Origin: a bacterium
Lineage (GTDB): Bacteria; Zhuqueibacterota; Zhuqueibacteria; Residuimicrobiales; Krinioviventaceae
Direction of reading: 5' to 3'
NCBI GenBank assembly: GCA_963693055.1
Contig: OY843751.1
Coordinates: forward strand, 5,440,001 to 5,504,000
Length of the DNA: 64,000 nt
The number at the start of each line of letters is the position of its first letter. Positions within the stretch are counted from its first letter, which is position 1. The position numbers and the translations under genes are program-made. Shown piece after piece: positions 37,950 through 50,223 of this stretch. The notes beneath the pieces are model-generated. The model saw only the letters and a program-made list of their open reading frames with translations, was not told the origin of the DNA and ran no database searches.

Positions 37950-40487
37950 TTACATTTCCAACATCTCTTCCTCATAATAATTTCCATTTCTATAAGAAGC
38001 AACGTTTCTATTATCACTATCGGTTAATTCGAATTGTGCTGTCATGCTGCGCATTTCTTCAGCCTGACTTGATAACTCTTCAGCAGTACTTGCTGATTCT
38101 TCCGCATTTGCAGCATTCTGCTGAGTCAACATGTTCAACTGTTCCAGAGCTTTATTGACCTGTGAAATACCTTCAGTTTGTTCACTTGAACCGGCTGCAA
38201 CTTCAGCCATCAGATCACTAACTTTGGCTACCTGTTCAAGAATTCCATGCAACTGCTCAGCAACCTGTTTGTTATATTCAAAACCCGATTCCGCGTTTTG
38301 TACAGCTTCTGTAATTAACTGTGAAGTATTTTTAGATGATTCTGCACTCTGTATAGCAAGGTTTCTCACTTCTTCTGCAACAACAGCAAAGCCCTTGCCT
38401 GCTTCACCTGCTCTTGCAGCTTCAACAGCAGCATTCAAAGCCAGCAGATTGGTTTGAAATGCAATATCATCAATTGTCTTGATAACTTTGATAGTTTCAT
38501 CAGATGACTTTTTGATCTTTTCAATAGCACCAGACAAAAGGTCCATACTTTTCATACCCTGGTCAGCACTTTCTCGTGTTGCATCTGTAAGATGCTTGGC
38601 TTCACTTGCATTATTCGAGTTATGCATTGCCATTGAAGATACTTCATGCAGTGAGCTCGATATTTCTTCAAGTGAGCTTGCCTGTTCTGATGCTCCCTGG
38701 GCCAAAGCCTGTCCACCGGAACTAATCTGATCCGATGCTGATGCCACCTGATCGGAACTAACAGCAACCTGATGTAAACTGGTATCTAGATTATCCAGTG
38801 CGGTATTTAAAGAAACTTTAACTTTATTAAAATCGCCCTTGTATTCACCTTTCATTCTAACGGTTAATTTTCGGTTTGCTACTTTTGAAAGAACATTCGA
38901 AGCTTCATTTATTGGACGTGTAATTGCTGACACGATACTATTAATACCTATAATTATATTTTTAAAATCATTTTGAAATTGATCCGAGTTCGCGCGTTTA
39001 GAAAGATCTCCTCTCACAGCACTGGAAGCCAAAGTCTCAATCTCAGACAAAAGCAGTTGGATCCGTTTTTTCATCTTTGCCATTGCTTTGCCCAGATTAT
39101 CATCTTCAGATGCAATCTGCTCTTCTGCTGATAAATCTCCTTCAGCAATTTGTTCTGCTAAATGGGTTTTTGCTTGCAACGCTGTTATCATTCTTCTAAA
39201 AGAATCTGCCAATTCACCTGTTTCATCAGAAGATACATGATCAATTTCCTGGTTAATATCTCCCAATGCCAATTTGTCAGCACTTTTGCTCATCCGGGTT
39301 ATGGGCTTGGCAATTCGTGTGCTCATAAAAATTGAAGCTAACGTACCCAAAACAAGTATAACAAGTCCTGTTCCAGCTATGCCCATTAACAACTGTTTCA
39401 AAGCATCATCAATTCTATACAACGCTTGATAATAATCATCCTCATATGTTCCCACACCTATCACCCAATCCCAGGGTTCATAATATGCAATGGATGCAAT
39501 TTTCATTCTCGCTCTAGTATCACCTTCATTCAACCAGGGATACCTTTCAAAATCAATCTGGGTACCTTTTAATTTTAATGCCTTGTTAATTACAGATTGT
39601 ATAAAAAGGTTCCCATCAGAGTCTTTGGCATTCCAAATATTCTCACCATCGCGCTCACCACCTTTTGAAATGATATATTCACCCTGCTGCTCGCCTTTTC
39701 CCTGCAAAACATATACATACCCTGTCTTTCCAACTGTAATGTCAAGAATTGCATGGCGCAAACTCTTTATGGCTTCTTGTTTAATACCTACATATAGCAC
39801 ACCAATTACTTTATCATTATTATCAAATAGCGGCTTGTATGCTGTGATATACCAATCATTGACAACATAAGCACGGCCATAAAAGGTTTCCCCTTTTAAA
39901 ATAGTAGAAATCACTTGATTCGCTTGCCCATCAGGATTTATAGCAGGAATAAAGGTACCCATTGCCCGGTTTCCACTCAAATTTTTAACATTGGTAGCTA
40001 CTCGTAACATATCTCCGGACTCATTCATCCTTTGGAAAATTGTGCAAGTCCCTCCAACTAAATTTTCAATATCATCAATAAAAGGCACCTTTTGATCAAA
40101 ATCCTGAATCTGCCCCAGCCAGGAACTTCCGATATTAACTTGAGGCAATTCAACAGATAGTGATTCATTTGTATATTGATTTTTAGCTTCCCAGGTTACC
40201 GTACTTGAACTGAAATTGATCCCACCATTTCTATTAAACAGCTCACTCGCAACAACAAGATCATCCTTTACCTTATCTTTCAATACGTCATTCATTGAAT
40301 CACATAAATGATATACATCCTTGGCTATTTGAGAGATATTTTCCTTAATCAAAACATCAATTTCATCTGTAACTTTGGCCTTTAAAGCTCCTTTTTGAAA
40401 ACCAACCTGAATCAAAATAATTACAATCGGTATCAAAACAAATAAAAAAGACAAAGCCATGATTTTGTATTTAATTGTAAATCGCAT
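37950..40487 (-). CDS. Methyl-accepting chemotaxis protein with Cache sensor domains and HAMP
   Basis: [34 protein letters not shown]; two TM segments; '[10 protein letters not shown]'. Confidence 0.95.
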   Translation of the reverse strand: MRFTIKYKIMALSFLFVLIPIVIILIQVGFQKGALKAKVTDEIDVLIKENISQIAKDVYHLCDSMNDVLKDKVKDDLVVASELFNRNGGINFSSSTVTWEAKNQYTNESLSVELPQVNIGSSWLGQIQDFDQKVPFIDDIENLVGGTCTIFQRMNESGDMLRVATNVKNLSGNRAMGTFIPAINPDGQANQVISTILKGETFYGRAYVVNDWYITAYKPLFDNNDKVIGVLYVGIKQEAIKSLRHAILDITVGKTGYVYVLQGKGEQQGEYIISKGGERDGENIWNAKDSDGNLFIQSVINKALKLKGTQIDFERYPWLNEGDTRARMKIASIAYYEPWDWVIGVGTYEDDYYQALYRIDDALKQLLMGIAGTGLVILVLGTLASIFMSTRIAKPITRMSKSADKLALGDINQEIDHVSSDETGELADSFRRMITALQAKTHLAEQIAEGDLSAEEQIASEDDNLGKAMAKMKKRIQLLLSEIETLASSAVRGDLSKRANSDQFQNDFKNIIIGINSIVSAITRPINEASNVLSKVANRKLTVRMKGEYKGDFNKVKVSLNTALDNLDTSLHQVAVSSDQVASASDQISSGGQALAQGASEQASSLEEISSSLHEVSSMAMHNSNNASEAKHLTDATRESADQGMKSMDLLSGAIEKIKKSSDETIKVIKTIDDIAFQTNLLALNAAVEAARAGEAGKGFAVVAEEVRNLAIQSAESSKNTSQLITEAVQNAESGFEYNKQVAEQLHGILEQVAKVSDLMAEVAAGSSEQTEGISQVNKALEQLNMLTQQNAANAEESASTAEELSSQAEEMRSMTAQFELTDSDNRNVASYRNGNYYEEEMLEM

Positions 40488-40519
40488 TGCACACCTCAAC
40501 TTTTTTTATATTTGTTAAG

Positions 40520-40701
40520 GCAATTGTAATGCCAACTTGCAACATGATAGATATAATCATATAACAACAAGCAAAACCATGCAAATGGAAAGCGAATAAA
40601 AACAATACCTTGCAAGCAAAACATACTAAATTCAGACTAATGAAAGCAAAATTTGCACCAACATGGTTGTTGAGAGTCATAGCTGTAAAAATTTCTTACA
40701 G
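40520..40701 (-). promoter_or_regulatory. Sigma-54 promoter and candidate enhancer of the MCP gene
   Basis: TGGCAT-tacaa-TTGC at 40534-40520; dyad CTGTAA-N7-TTACAG at 40683-40701. Confidence 0.65.
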
Positions 40702-40750
40702 TAGTGTAAAATAATTTTTCTTTTCAGGAAATAATAAAAGGGATGACATA

Positions 40751-40775
40751 AAAAGCCCTGTCTGAAACAGGGCTT
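40751..40775 (-). terminator. Terminator of the nqr operon
   Basis: AAGCCCTGT-ctgaa-ACAGGGCTT with a minus-strand T run. Confidence 0.75.
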
Positions 40776-40780
40776 AAATT

Positions 40781-41035
40781 TTAGTGGTTACCGCAGCTGC
40801 ATTGATCTCCACAAGACTTTTTGTTCAAAGCATCATACTTTTCTACAAATTTCATTTTCTCGTCATAACAACCGCATGAATGATCATCATCATGTTCATC
40901 GGTATCACAATGACCGCCCCCACAGCAGCCTTCGGTACCTGGTCTTTTCTTATATTTGCTAAAATTCAGAGCAAACGCGAAAAAGGAAAAAAGAACAACC
41001 ATTACCAAAGCTACTAAAAGTATTTGCACAATCAT
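40781..41035 (-). CDS. Small membrane-anchored Cys/His-rich protein (NqrM-like)
   Basis: One N-terminal TM segment; GCCGGGHC; located directly after apbE. Confidence 0.5.
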   Translation of the reverse strand: MIVQILLVALVMVVLFSFFAFALNFSKYKKRPGTEGCCGGGHCDTDEHDDDHSCGCYDEKMKFVEKYDALNKKSCGDQCSCGNH

Positions 41036-41039
41036 AATA

Positions 41040-42116
41040 TCACCTGTTATTAATAGTATTAATTAAATTCTCAAAACCGGGTGTCATCTTTTCAACAAAG
41101 TCTTTTTTTTCTCTAATGATCATAAAAACCAAAAGTTCCTCGTCAATAGCAAACTGGTATCCTTTTTCCGGTCCTAATACGGAAATTGCAGTAGCATAAG
41201 CATCCGCTATTTGGCATGACGGATGGATAACTGTTACAGATGCAAGATTATGAGTTATAGGTCTACCGGTTCTTGGATCAATTGTATGTGAATAACGAAT
41301 CCCGTTTTTTTCAAAATAGTTTAAATAGTCTCCTGATGTAGCTACACCCACATTATTTACAGAAAGAGCTTTAACATAGCCTGGCTCTGTCTTTGGAGAT
41401 GCAATACCAATGCGCCATTTATCTGTATTAGCGTTATGCCCCCGGGCTCTAATTTCGCCGCCTATTTCTACCAAATAGTTTTCATAATCCTGCTGTTCAA
41501 GATAATTGGCAACTATATCCACTCCATAACCTTTTGCAATGGACGAAAGATCACAATACAATTCAGGAATAGTCTTGCTTACAACAGAGCGGCTTGTATC
41601 GACAGATAAATTATGGTAACCCACCCTGCTTAAACGTTCAGTAATTTCATCGTCTGGCGGAACCTCATCTTTATGGTGCTCGGGCCCAAATCCCCATAGG
41701 TTTACCAGGGGACCCACTGTAACATCAAATGCACCATCAGATTTTTCACTGGTTTGGATTGCATTGTAAAACACAAAGGATAACGCTTTTGAAACAGGAA
41801 ATTCAGTAGTCTCTGAAAATTTATTAAATCTGGAAAGCTCGGAAGAATCAATATAGGTAGACATTTGCATATTGACCTGCTCAAGCAGCGAATCAATATC
41901 ATTCTTTACTTTTTCTATATCAATCACATCATCTGGGGCAGTAACAATCTTTATTGAAAAACTGGTCCCCATTGTGCGGCCGGCCAGTGCATGTTCGTTA
42001 AATTTGTGCCGGTCACACCGGGTCCAATAACTGGCAAACAGTAAAACAGTAAAAAAAACAACCAGAAGAACAGCTTTATTTTTTCTTTTTCCATTGCCAG
42101 TTTTCATAGTATTCAA
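41040..42116 (-). CDS. apbE: FAD:protein FMN transferase
   Basis: TMGT; FDVTVGPLVNLWGF; SIAKGY; ATSGDY; HTIDPRTG; ADAYATA; start may be 42107. Confidence 0.95.
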   Translation of the reverse strand: MNTMKTGNGKRKNKAVLLVVFFTVLLFASYWTRCDRHKFNEHALAGRTMGTSFSIKIVTAPDDVIDIEKVKNDIDSLLEQVNMQMSTYIDSSELSRFNKFSETTEFPVSKALSFVFYNAIQTSEKSDGAFDVTVGPLVNLWGFGPEHHKDEVPPDDEITERLSRVGYHNLSVDTSRSVVSKTIPELYCDLSSIAKGYGVDIVANYLEQQDYENYLVEIGGEIRARGHNANTDKWRIGIASPKTEPGYVKALSVNNVGVATSGDYLNYFEKNGIRYSHTIDPRTGRPITHNLASVTVIHPSCQIADAYATAISVLGPEKGYQFAIDEELLVFMIIREKKDFVEKMTPGFENLINTINNR

Positions 42117-42540
42117 AGCTTATCATCTCGTTTAAATTTTTAATTTCTTCATTTTTTTCAATCAAAATGGTTTTTGCGACATCACCCATTGAGAGAAACC
42201 CAATGTATTCACCTTCTTTTTCCACCAGAATATGCCTGAACCGATGACCCAAAAATTTATCCATTAATTGATAAATAGAGTCAGAATGCTTTGCCGCAAT
42301 CAGGTTTGTTGTCATATAGTCACCTATTTTGGCATTTTTTATATCAAGACTATCATCAAGAATGTCTTGCATTAAATCACGTTCGGTCCAAATGCCAGTG
42401 ACAACATCATCTTTTGTTACCAGGATAGCACCAATCTTGTGCTCGTTCATAATCTTTAAAGTTTCAGCAATCGTTGAATCTACCGGTACGGCAATTACCT
42501 GTTCTGATTTAAGGTTAACAATTTCTTCGGCTGTTTTCAT
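42076..42540 (-). CDS. CBS-domain protein
   Basis: KIGAILV; GIWTERD; YMT; FRHILV; SMGDV. Confidence 0.9.
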   Translation of the reverse strand: MKTAEEIVNLKSEQVIAVPVDSTIAETLKIMNEHKIGAILVTKDDVVTGIWTERDLMQDILDDSLDIKNAKIGDYMTTNLIAAKHSDSIYQLMDKFLGHRFRHILVEKEGEYIGFLSMGDVAKTILIEKNEEIKNLNEMISFEYYENWQWKKKK

Positions 42541-42659
42541 AAAGCCTCCTTTATATTTATTAATTTAAATATAATTGTCAACCGCACTTTATTTATTCCC
42601 ACAAAAGCAGAAATAATACAAGATCGGCTTTAAATCCTCTAGCAATCATTTAAAATCGA

Positions 42660-43067
42660 TTATTTTACACCTTTGGCTTTGAAAAATTCCGAATAGGCCA
42701 TATCAGTTTTCAAAATATGATTGGCCAACCACTCTTTCAGGAATTTACTCAAATCAATTACCATCAATGTACTGCCATTTTCAAATTTTGCTTTATATTC
42801 CATTACTTTTTGTTTCAAGTCATTATGCTCTTTTTGATGTGTGAAAATTGCAGAATAACCAAAACGGGTCATCAATTCTTCTTCGGTATCAAAATGGATG
42901 ATCGTATAATTGATCAATTCCTCAAATATCTCTCCCAACACCGAATTAGCTTTGCCGGCACTCATGGCTTCATAAAAGTCATTAACCAAACTAACTAATT
43001 TTTGATGTTGCTTGTCAATTTTATCTATTCCAACACAATAAGAATCTTTCCATTCAAAATAAGCCAT
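42660..43067 (-). CDS. Bacteriohemerythrin
   Basis: IDKQH; HFDTEE; HQKEH; WLANHILKTD. Confidence 0.95.
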   Translation of the reverse strand: MAYFEWKDSYCVGIDKIDKQHQKLVSLVNDFYEAMSAGKANSVLGEIFEELINYTIIHFDTEEELMTRFGYSAIFTHQKEHNDLKQKVMEYKAKFENGSTLMVIDLSKFLKEWLANHILKTDMAYSEFFKAKGVK

Positions 43068-43178
43068 TCTCTCCTACGGCCTAAAAATATCAAGAAAAAA
43101 ATATATCCTTTTATCATATAAGCCAATTCAATTTAATTTATTATAGAATCTGAACAAAAAATTCAAACGTTTAATAAC

Positions 43179-43589
43179 TCAGGAAATAATCTTGTTGTCT
43201 CTTAAAAATTTTACATACTGCATATCCGTTTGCAAAATATGATTTGCCAACCACTCTTTAAGATATTTGCTCAATTCAATTACAACGCTTGAACTACCTG
43301 CAAGATATTTCTCCTGACTGGATTTAATCTTGCTGGTAAAGCCATCATGATAGGCTTTATGTGCTGTAAAAGTGGGATAATTATACTTTTCCAGCAGCTT
43401 TTCTTCGGTAGAAAAATGGGTGATCGTATAATCCAATAGATTTTGCAAAATCGGTCCCATTACTTCTTTACTTTTTCCGGCACTCATTGTTTCATACAAC
43501 TGATTTATATATTCAACCAGTTTTTTATGCTGTGTATCAATTGTAGGTATAGTGGTGCTATAGCTGTCTTTCCATTCAAAAAAAGCCAT
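43179..43589 (-). CDS. Bacteriohemerythrin
   Basis: IDTQH; HFSTEE; HKAYH; WLANHILQTD; AGGAG RBS. Confidence 0.95.
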   Translation of the reverse strand: MAFFEWKDSYSTTIPTIDTQHKKLVEYINQLYETMSAGKSKEVMGPILQNLLDYTITHFSTEEKLLEKYNYPTFTAHKAYHDGFTSKIKSSQEKYLAGSSSVVIELSKYLKEWLANHILQTDMQYVKFLRDNKIIS

Positions 43590-43617
43590 TTCATAACTCC
43601 TTATTTTTGATTTTTTA

Positions 43618-44850
43618 TTAACCAAAATCATCAAACAAGATATTTTCGGGCTCTACACCAAGATCATCAAGCATTTTGAAAACAGCATTAATCATCATTG
43701 GAGGACCACATAAATAATATTCGCAATCTTCAGGTGCCTTGTGTTTGCCAAGATATTCATCAAGAATAACCTGATGTATAAAACCTACATATCCTTCCCA
43801 GTTGTCTTCTGGCAAAGGTTCAGACAGTGCTACATGCCACTTGAAATTATCATGATTGGCCTGCAAAGTATCAAAATCTTCCTGATAGAAAATTTCTCGT
43901 TTACTTCTTGCGCCATACCAGAATGTCATTTTTCGTTTTGAATCCAAACGTTTTAACTGATCAAAAATATGAGACCGCATGGGTGCCATACCTGCACCAC
44001 CACCAATAAAAACCATTTCATTATCGGTTTCGCGTGCAAAAAATTCTCCATAAGGACCGGATATTGTTACCGTGTCTCCCGGTTTTAAATTAAAAATAAA
44101 TGAAGACATCTGGCCCGGCGGTACACTTGGCTTGTTTGGAGGAGGCGAAGCAATACGTACATTCAGCATAATGATGCCCTTCTCCTCGGGATAACTTGCC
44201 ATAGAATAAGCTCGCAAAACGGGCTCATTCACTTTTGAGACAAATTGCCACATGTTGTACTTGTCCCAATCGTCTCTATATTCTTCTTCAATATCAAAAT
44301 CTTTATAACTTACAGTATGTGGTGGTGCTTCAATTTGAATATAACCACCCGCTCTAAAGTTAACATCTTCACCTTGGGGCAGTTCAAGCACCAGCTCTTT
44401 GATAAAAGTAGCAACATTATGGTTCGATTTTACTTTACATTCCCACTTTTTAATTTCAAATACTTCTGCAGGTACTTCCAACTTCATATCACCTTTAACA
44501 GGAAGCTGGCAGCTCAGGCGATATCCTTCACGCACCTGTCCACGGGTCAATTTTGAACGCTCTGTAGCAAGCACATCACCACCACCTTCTGTGACGATGA
44601 TTTTACACTCACCACAAGTACCACCTCCACCGCAAGCGGATGGAATAAAAATACTCTGATCTGCCAGAGAGTTCAAAAGCTTGTCACCCATTGGGACTTC
44701 AAAAGTATGGTCCGGATCATCATTGATAACAATTTTGGCTTTGCCGCTTTGAACAAGCTTTGACTTGGCCAGTAAAATAATTAATACAAGGACCAGTACA
44801 ATCAGCGTGAACATGAACACGCCGAGTAATATTAAACTAAATCCCGACAT
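43618..44850 (-). CDS. nqrF: Na+-NQR subunit F
   Basis: [12 protein letters not shown]; RAYSMA; [12 protein letters not shown]; CGPP; LFDDFG. Confidence 0.97.
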   Translation of the reverse strand: MSGFSLILLGVFMFTLIVLVLVLIILLAKSKLVQSGKAKIVINDDPDHTFEVPMGDKLLNSLADQSIFIPSACGGGGTCGECKIIVTEGGGDVLATERSKLTRGQVREGYRLSCQLPVKGDMKLEVPAEVFEIKKWECKVKSNHNVATFIKELVLELPQGEDVNFRAGGYIQIEAPPHTVSYKDFDIEEEYRDDWDKYNMWQFVSKVNEPVLRAYSMASYPEEKGIIMLNVRIASPPPNKPSVPPGQMSSFIFNLKPGDTVTISGPYGEFFARETDNEMVFIGGGAGMAPMRSHIFDQLKRLDSKRKMTFWYGARSKREIFYQEDFDTLQANHDNFKWHVALSEPLPEDNWEGYVGFIHQVILDEYLGKHKAPEDCEYYLCGPPMMINAVFKMLDDLGVEPENILFDDFG

Positions 44851-44865
44851 CTATCCTCCTTCCCC

Positions 44866-45477
44866 CTATAATTGAATACCAGAAAATATCATAAATGCAA
44901 TGGCCATTAACCCTACAGTTATAAAGGTTATGCCCAGCCCACGCAAACCAGTGGGAACATTGCTGTATTTCATTTTTTCGCGAATACCTGCCAGAGCGAT
45001 AATAGCCAAAGCAAAACCAATACCAGAGCCAAAGCCAAATACCACACTATCTGGAAAATTATATCCACGTTCTACCATAAACAACGATCCACCTAAAATA
45101 GCACAGTTTACAGTAATAAGGGGTAAAAAGATACCCAAAGAGTTATAAAGTTTGGGTACATATTTATCAAGAATCATTTCAAGGATCTGCACCATAGCTG
45201 CAATAACACCAATATAGGTAATAAGCCCTAAAAATGTGAGATCCACATCCGGTAGCCCAGCCCATGACAAGGCGCCAGCTTTTAACACATGATTATAAAT
45301 CAAATTGTTCACCGGCAGGGTGATGGCTTGCACAACCACAACAGCCAAGCCCAAACCTACTGCAGTGTCCACTCGTTTGGAAACCGCAAGAAAAGTACAC
45401 ATGCCCAGGAACAGAGCCAGGGCCATGTTTTCCATAAAAATGGATTTTACAAATAAACTCAGATAATGTTCAAACAT
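44866..45477 (-). CDS. nqrE: Na+-NQR subunit E
   Basis: [12 protein letters not shown]; [12 protein letters not shown]; LPLITVNC. Confidence 0.96.
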   Translation of the reverse strand: MFEHYLSLFVKSIFMENMALALFLGMCTFLAVSKRVDTAVGLGLAVVVVQAITLPVNNLIYNHVLKAGALSWAGLPDVDLTFLGLITYIGVIAAMVQILEMILDKYVPKLYNSLGIFLPLITVNCAILGGSLFMVERGYNFPDSVVFGFGSGIGFALAIIALAGIREKMKYSNVPTGLRGLGITFITVGLMAIAFMIFSGIQL

Positions 45478-45479
45478 GG

Positions 45480-46100
45480 TTATTCCTCTTCAACTTGCTC
45501 AGGTTTCCAGGTTCTAAAGATCCAAATTAACAGACCAATTATAAAGAAAGCGCTAGGTGACAAAACAAACAAACCATTGGGTGCATACCAACCGCCTTCT
45601 GTAACGGGTTGCAGTACAGTAAATCCTAAAAGCTTTCCAGAGCCCAACAGTTCTCTGAAAAACCCTACAAACAGCAATACAAAACTGTAGCCCAATCCAT
45701 TACCAATACCATCCAGAAAACTTAGCCATGGTGGATTTTTAAGGGCAAACGCTTCAGCACGTCCCATAATAATACAGTTTGTAATGATCAAACCAACGTA
45801 AACTGACAACTGTTTGCTGACATCAAAAGCAAAAGCTTTGATCAACTGATCAGCAATAATAACCAATGAAGCAATAATGGTCATTTCTACCAGAATACGT
45901 ATTGAACTGGGAACATAATTACGAATTGAACTGACCGCAAGGTTTGAAAACGAAACTACAAACGTTACCGCTAGTGACATAACGATAGCTGTTTCAAGCT
46001 TTGAAGTAACCGCTAATGCGGAACAGATTCCCAATATTTGTTTTGCAATAGGATTATTGTTAAATATAGGATCCAATATTATTTGTTTATATTTACTCAT
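45480..46100 (-). CDS. nqrD: Na+-NQR subunit D
   Basis: [10 protein letters not shown]; [17 protein letters not shown]; KPEQVE. Confidence 0.96.
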   Translation of the reverse strand: MSKYKQIILDPIFNNNPIAKQILGICSALAVTSKLETAIVMSLAVTFVVSFSNLAVSSIRNYVPSSIRILVEMTIIASLVIIADQLIKAFAFDVSKQLSVYVGLIITNCIIMGRAEAFALKNPPWLSFLDGIGNGLGYSFVLLFVGFFRELLGSGKLLGFTVLQPVTEGGWYAPNGLFVLSPSAFFIIGLLIWIFRTWKPEQVEEE

Positions 46101-46888
46101 TTCAAGCCCTCCCTTAATTGCTCAATATAGGGGCCATATCCATCATTACCTAACCAGAATTTCACAGTGTTATCCAATCCACGAGTTGTCAATGTTGCAC
46201 CAGAAAGACCATCTACCTGATATTTTGCATCGGGAGAAGATTTATCAACTGTGCTCTTGATGACCGTTATTTTTACATTACCCTCGTCATCAAATGCCTG
46301 CTTGCCCGGCCAGATCGCTTTCCACTTGGGATTATCGATTTCACCACCAAGCCCGGGGGTTTCGCCATGTTCATAAAAAGTCAAACCCCGAATGGTTTTA
46401 ACATCATGATCAATAGCGATAAATCCGTACATTGTAGACCACAAACCGAACCCATAAATCGGTAAAATCACTTCGTCCAATTCACCATCTTTTATCACCT
46501 GATAAACAGTCATGTATTTAGGCATACGTTTAATATCCGCTATATCTTTTTCAGCGGGAATACTTTTTCCATATTCCGAATCTTCTGCCATTGCTTTTAT
46601 ATCAAATTTTTCAACATTCAATTCATCATTATAATCTGATTCGGGAATGGGTTCACCGGTTTTCATGTCAATAATTTCGCCTCTTACCAGATCTTTATAG
46701 GTTTGAGTTACATCTATATTATCTTTATACAAATCACCGGCAACTAAAATATTCTTCAACTTGTCCAGCTTTTTGTTTTCCTGCTGTATACCATGCAGGG
46801 AAACAGCCGCAGAGGAAACCAATATCGAACACACAAGGCAAACACCCAGTGCTACGATAAGAGTTTTTTTTGTGCTATCATTAGACAT
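46097..46888 (-). CDS. nqrC: Na+-NQR subunit C
   Basis: GLWSTMYG; ETPGLGGEI; DGLSGATLT (FMN-Thr). Confidence 0.95.
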   Translation of the reverse strand: MSNDSTKKTLIVALGVCLVCSILVSSAAVSLHGIQQENKKLDKLKNILVAGDLYKDNIDVTQTYKDLVRGEIIDMKTGEPIPESDYNDELNVEKFDIKAMAEDSEYGKSIPAEKDIADIKRMPKYMTVYQVIKDGELDEVILPIYGFGLWSTMYGFIAIDHDVKTIRGLTFYEHGETPGLGGEIDNPKWKAIWPGKQAFDDEGNVKITVIKSTVDKSSPDAKYQVDGLSGATLTTRGLDNTVKFWLGNDGYGPYIEQLREGLK

Positions 46889-48080
46889 TACGTAACAGCC
46901 TCCTCTTGATATTTTTATTGATATACACCTTGTCAATAATAGGTGCAAATACATTCATAAACAGGATCGCAAGCATCATTCCTTCAGGAAAGGCAGGATT
47001 AATAACACGAACCAGTACGGTCAACGCACCAATTAAAAATCCGTATATCCAATGTCCTTTTATTACCTGGGGGGCGCTTACAGGATCTGTCGCCATAAAC
47101 ACAGTACCAAAAGCAAACCCACCCAAAACCAGATGCCACATGGGGGTAACTGCAAACATGGAATTGGTATCGCTTCCTATTACGTTTAGCAATAACGAGA
47201 ATGCTGCCATACCCACCACAGAGCTCAACATAATTCGCCAAGATCCTATACCGGTAACAATCAAAATAAAAGCACCAATTAATATTGCAAGTGTAGAGGT
47301 CTCACCCATAGAACCGGGGGCCAATCCGATAAAAGAATTCCACCAAGTCGCAGACATTTTCATAACCGGATCAGCAAGCTCACCCAGCGCGGTAGCGCGT
47401 GACAATCCGTCAACAGCAACCCACACTTTATCTCCAGAAATCTGAGCAGGATAGGCAAAGAATAAAAAGACGCGTGCGGTTAATGCGGGGTTAAGAATAT
47501 TCATACCCACGCCACCAAAGACTTCCTTTCCAATAACAACACCAAAGGTGATACCTACGGCAACCTGCCAATAAGGAATTGTTGGAGGAAGAATAAGTGG
47601 GAACAGAATACTGGTTACGAAAAAGCCTTCATTTACTTCATGCTTACGTATAGTGGCAAACAAAACTTCCCAAATACCACCAACAGCCAAAGTAACAATA
47701 TATACAGGAAAGAAGTAAAGCGCTCCATGCAGTAAATTTAGCCATAAATTAGAGGGATCAAAACCGAGTCCCATCCAATTCATAAAACGGGCCTGCCATA
47801 AAAGATCAGTCGCTCCCGCATTGGCTGCAAGCGCAAGATTAGCCTGGTAACCTGTATTGTAAAGCGCCATACCAATGGCAGGAAACAATGCTATCATTAC
47901 CATCATCATCATTCGTTTTAAATCCAACGAATCACGGATATGTGTTCGCTTCAGTGTCACTGTGCTGGGAGTGTAGACTAGTGTGTCTAACATCTCCCAC
48001 ACATAGAAAAGCTTTTCATACTTGCCACCCTTATGAAAGTGCTTTTCCTGCTTGTCAAGAAAATTTCTTAAAGATTTCAC
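46881..48080 (-). CDS. nqrB: Na+-NQR subunit B
   Basis: [10 protein letters not shown]; VNEGFFVT; DGLSRAT; FMATDPVS. Confidence 0.96.
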   Translation of the reverse strand: MKSLRNFLDKQEKHFHKGGKYEKLFYVWEMLDTLVYTPSTVTLKRTHIRDSLDLKRMMMMVMIALFPAIGMALYNTGYQANLALAANAGATDLLWQARFMNWMGLGFDPSNLWLNLLHGALYFFPVYIVTLAVGGIWEVLFATIRKHEVNEGFFVTSILFPLILPPTIPYWQVAVGITFGVVIGKEVFGGVGMNILNPALTARVFLFFAYPAQISGDKVWVAVDGLSRATALGELADPVMKMSATWWNSFIGLAPGSMGETSTLAILIGAFILIVTGIGSWRIMLSSVVGMAAFSLLLNVIGSDTNSMFAVTPMWHLVLGGFAFGTVFMATDPVSAPQVIKGHWIYGFLIGALTVLVRVINPAFPEGMMLAILFMNVFAPIIDKVYINKNIKRRLLRNV

Positions 48081-49429
48081 TATCCTTCCTTCTCTATGAC
48101 GGTTAACGTTTTTCTCAAATTCTCACCATGATCAATTTTTGACGGACAGACAAAAGTACACAATGCCAAATCTTCTTCAATCAATTCAAGGCAGCCAAGT
48201 TTTTCACTTTCTTCAACATCTTGAATTGCGAGAGCTTTTAACAAATGTGCAGGTAAAATATCCAAAGGCATTACTTTTTCATAACTACCTATTGGAACGA
48301 TTGCCCGAACGCCACCGTTTTGCGAAGTATTGAAATCAAAGCGTTTATTCGGTATCAGTTTAGACATTACTATATTCTTTACAGAATAATGTTTTGGGCC
48401 GTAATCCAGCCATCCCAAAAAGTGTCTTTCGCGTCCTTCATGAATCACTGTTATCTGCTGATGAAAACGTCCCAAATAATTTCTTTCAGGAGTTGAAGTA
48501 TGACCATTAAATACAGAACCCGAAATTGTTCTGTTATCACCTTCCTTTAATTCCCCTTCAAGCAATTCACTCAAACAAGCACCAACCCGGGTTCGCAATA
48601 GACGAGGTGATGTTGCTCCGGCACCTCCCAAAGCAACAACATGTTCAACACTCAATTTACCGGTTGTAAACAATTTACCAACCTTAATTACATCCTGTGC
48701 TTGTATATGCCATACAATTTTGTTTTTCCCAATGGGATCCAAAAAGTGAATGTGAGTTCCGGGCAAGCCGGCAGGATGCGGACCATCAAACGACTCTACA
48801 GAAAATTGAGGTTTATCAGGAACGGGTATTTCCTCGGACGGTTTCTTACAAACAAATACTTTACCTTCAGTAAGACGAGAGAGAACCAATAGTCCATTCT
48901 TAAAATCCGTTTCCTGACCTTGAACAATCTTTTCAACTACAGGGGCCAATGGATTCGTATCCATAGCTGTTACAAAAATAGAATTGGGCACTGTTTCAGG
49001 ATTCGCAACATGACCAAAGGGCCTGGCTAATAAAGTTGTCCACAGACCGGAATCTACCAACTGTTTCACAACCATTTCACGGTCCAGTGTTGCCAATGCA
49101 TTCTCACCAAATGCAGTAAAAGAGACTTCTTCATCGCCTTCCAGCTCTATCACAAGCGACAAAAATGCGCGTTTCTCACCCCTGTTAATTTCTACTACTT
49201 TACCAGCCCCTGGAGCAGTATATTTTACTCCTGGAAGCTTTTTGTCAGTTAATAAAAGCTGACCTAGTTTAACAGAGTCTCCTATATCTACTTCCATGGT
49301 TGGTTTCAAACCAACATAGTCTTCTCCCAACAGTGCCACCCGTTTTACTGATTTTCCGTTTTCAATTTCCTGACGGGGTTCACCATTAATGGGAAGTGTG
49401 TTTCCTTTTTTTATTTTGAACGTTCCCAT
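48080..49429 (-). CDS. nqrA: Na+-NQR subunit A
   Basis: [11 protein letters not shown]; GPHPAG; [21 protein letters not shown]. Confidence 0.96.
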   Translation of the reverse strand: MGTFKIKKGNTLPINGEPRQEIENGKSVKRVALLGEDYVGLKPTMEVDIGDSVKLGQLLLTDKKLPGVKYTAPGAGKVVEINRGEKRAFLSLVIELEGDEEVSFTAFGENALATLDREMVVKQLVDSGLWTTLLARPFGHVANPETVPNSIFVTAMDTNPLAPVVEKIVQGQETDFKNGLLVLSRLTEGKVFVCKKPSEEIPVPDKPQFSVESFDGPHPAGLPGTHIHFLDPIGKNKIVWHIQAQDVIKVGKLFTTGKLSVEHVVALGGAGATSPRLLRTRVGACLSELLEGELKEGDNRTISGSVFNGHTSTPERNYLGRFHQQITVIHEGRERHFLGWLDYGPKHYSVKNIVMSKLIPNKRFDFNTSQNGGVRAIVPIGSYEKVMPLDILPAHLLKALAIQDVEESEKLGCLELIEEDLALCTFVCPSKIDHGENLRKTLTVIEKEG

Positions 49430-49739
49430 GTACACCCTTTATTTTACTAAAATACAGTGTATTAGTTAACAAATTTTTCTCCTAACCTTTTAAATTATAA
49501 AAAAACAATACTAATTACAATTATTTTTTTTGAGATCATGGATTAATAAAGTGCTTTGCTATATAATTTACCGGGCTTTTATCTTGTGAATACTGGTTGA
49601 CTTTTTGAAAAAAAATCATTAAAATAATAACTTACGTAGTATGGTCATTCCATTCATGTATTTTCGTACTACATTTGTATATTTATATTTTTGCCGGTCC
49701 CGGATGTAGACCACCTTTGAAATATTGGAGGAAACAAAC

Positions 49740-50195
49740 GTGAGAATTGCAGACTATTTAAGTGACGGTCTGATTTTTTTAGACATAGAAGCTACTGACA
49801 AAGACACCACTATTGCAAAAATAGTAGAACTGATGGATAATAACAAAATCCTTTCAGACGCCAGCGGTTTCCTGAGTGAAGTTAATCAACGAGAAAGTCT
49901 TGGTAGCACCGGTATCGGTTACGGAATAGCATTACCCCATGCCAGAACACAAAATGTGAAAAACATTGTAATTTCTGTAACCCGTTTAAAAAATGGGGTA
50001 GATTTTGGTGCCGAAGACAAGAAACCCGTAAAACTCGTTTTTTTGTTGGGGACCCCCCTCAAAGCAGTGGGTGAATATCTCAAAGTTCTTGCAAAATTAT
50101 CCAAATTATTAAGAGACGAAAAAATTCGTGACCAAATCCTGGTTGCACAAACTCCCTCGGAAATCCGTAGAATTTTCGAAGATGCTGAAAATTAA
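49740..50195 (+). CDS. PTS IIA (PtsN/fructose-type) domain protein
   Basis: RESLGSTGIGYGIALPHAR; GGAGG RBS with GTG start. Confidence 0.92.
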   Translation: MRIADYLSDGLIFLDIEATDKDTTIAKIVELMDNNKILSDASGFLSEVNQRESLGSTGIGYGIALPHARTQNVKNIVISVTRLKNGVDFGAEDKKPVKLVFLLGTPLKAVGEYLKVLAKLSKLLRDEKIRDQILVAQTPSEIRRIFEDAEN

Positions 50196-50223
50196 AACTC
50201 ATTCTGGTTGAACTGTTCCCATT

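Noticed and set aside
37870-40500. Genomic island integrated at tRNA-Lys
   Set aside because: No integrase, and no duplicated tRNA 3' end was seen in the window
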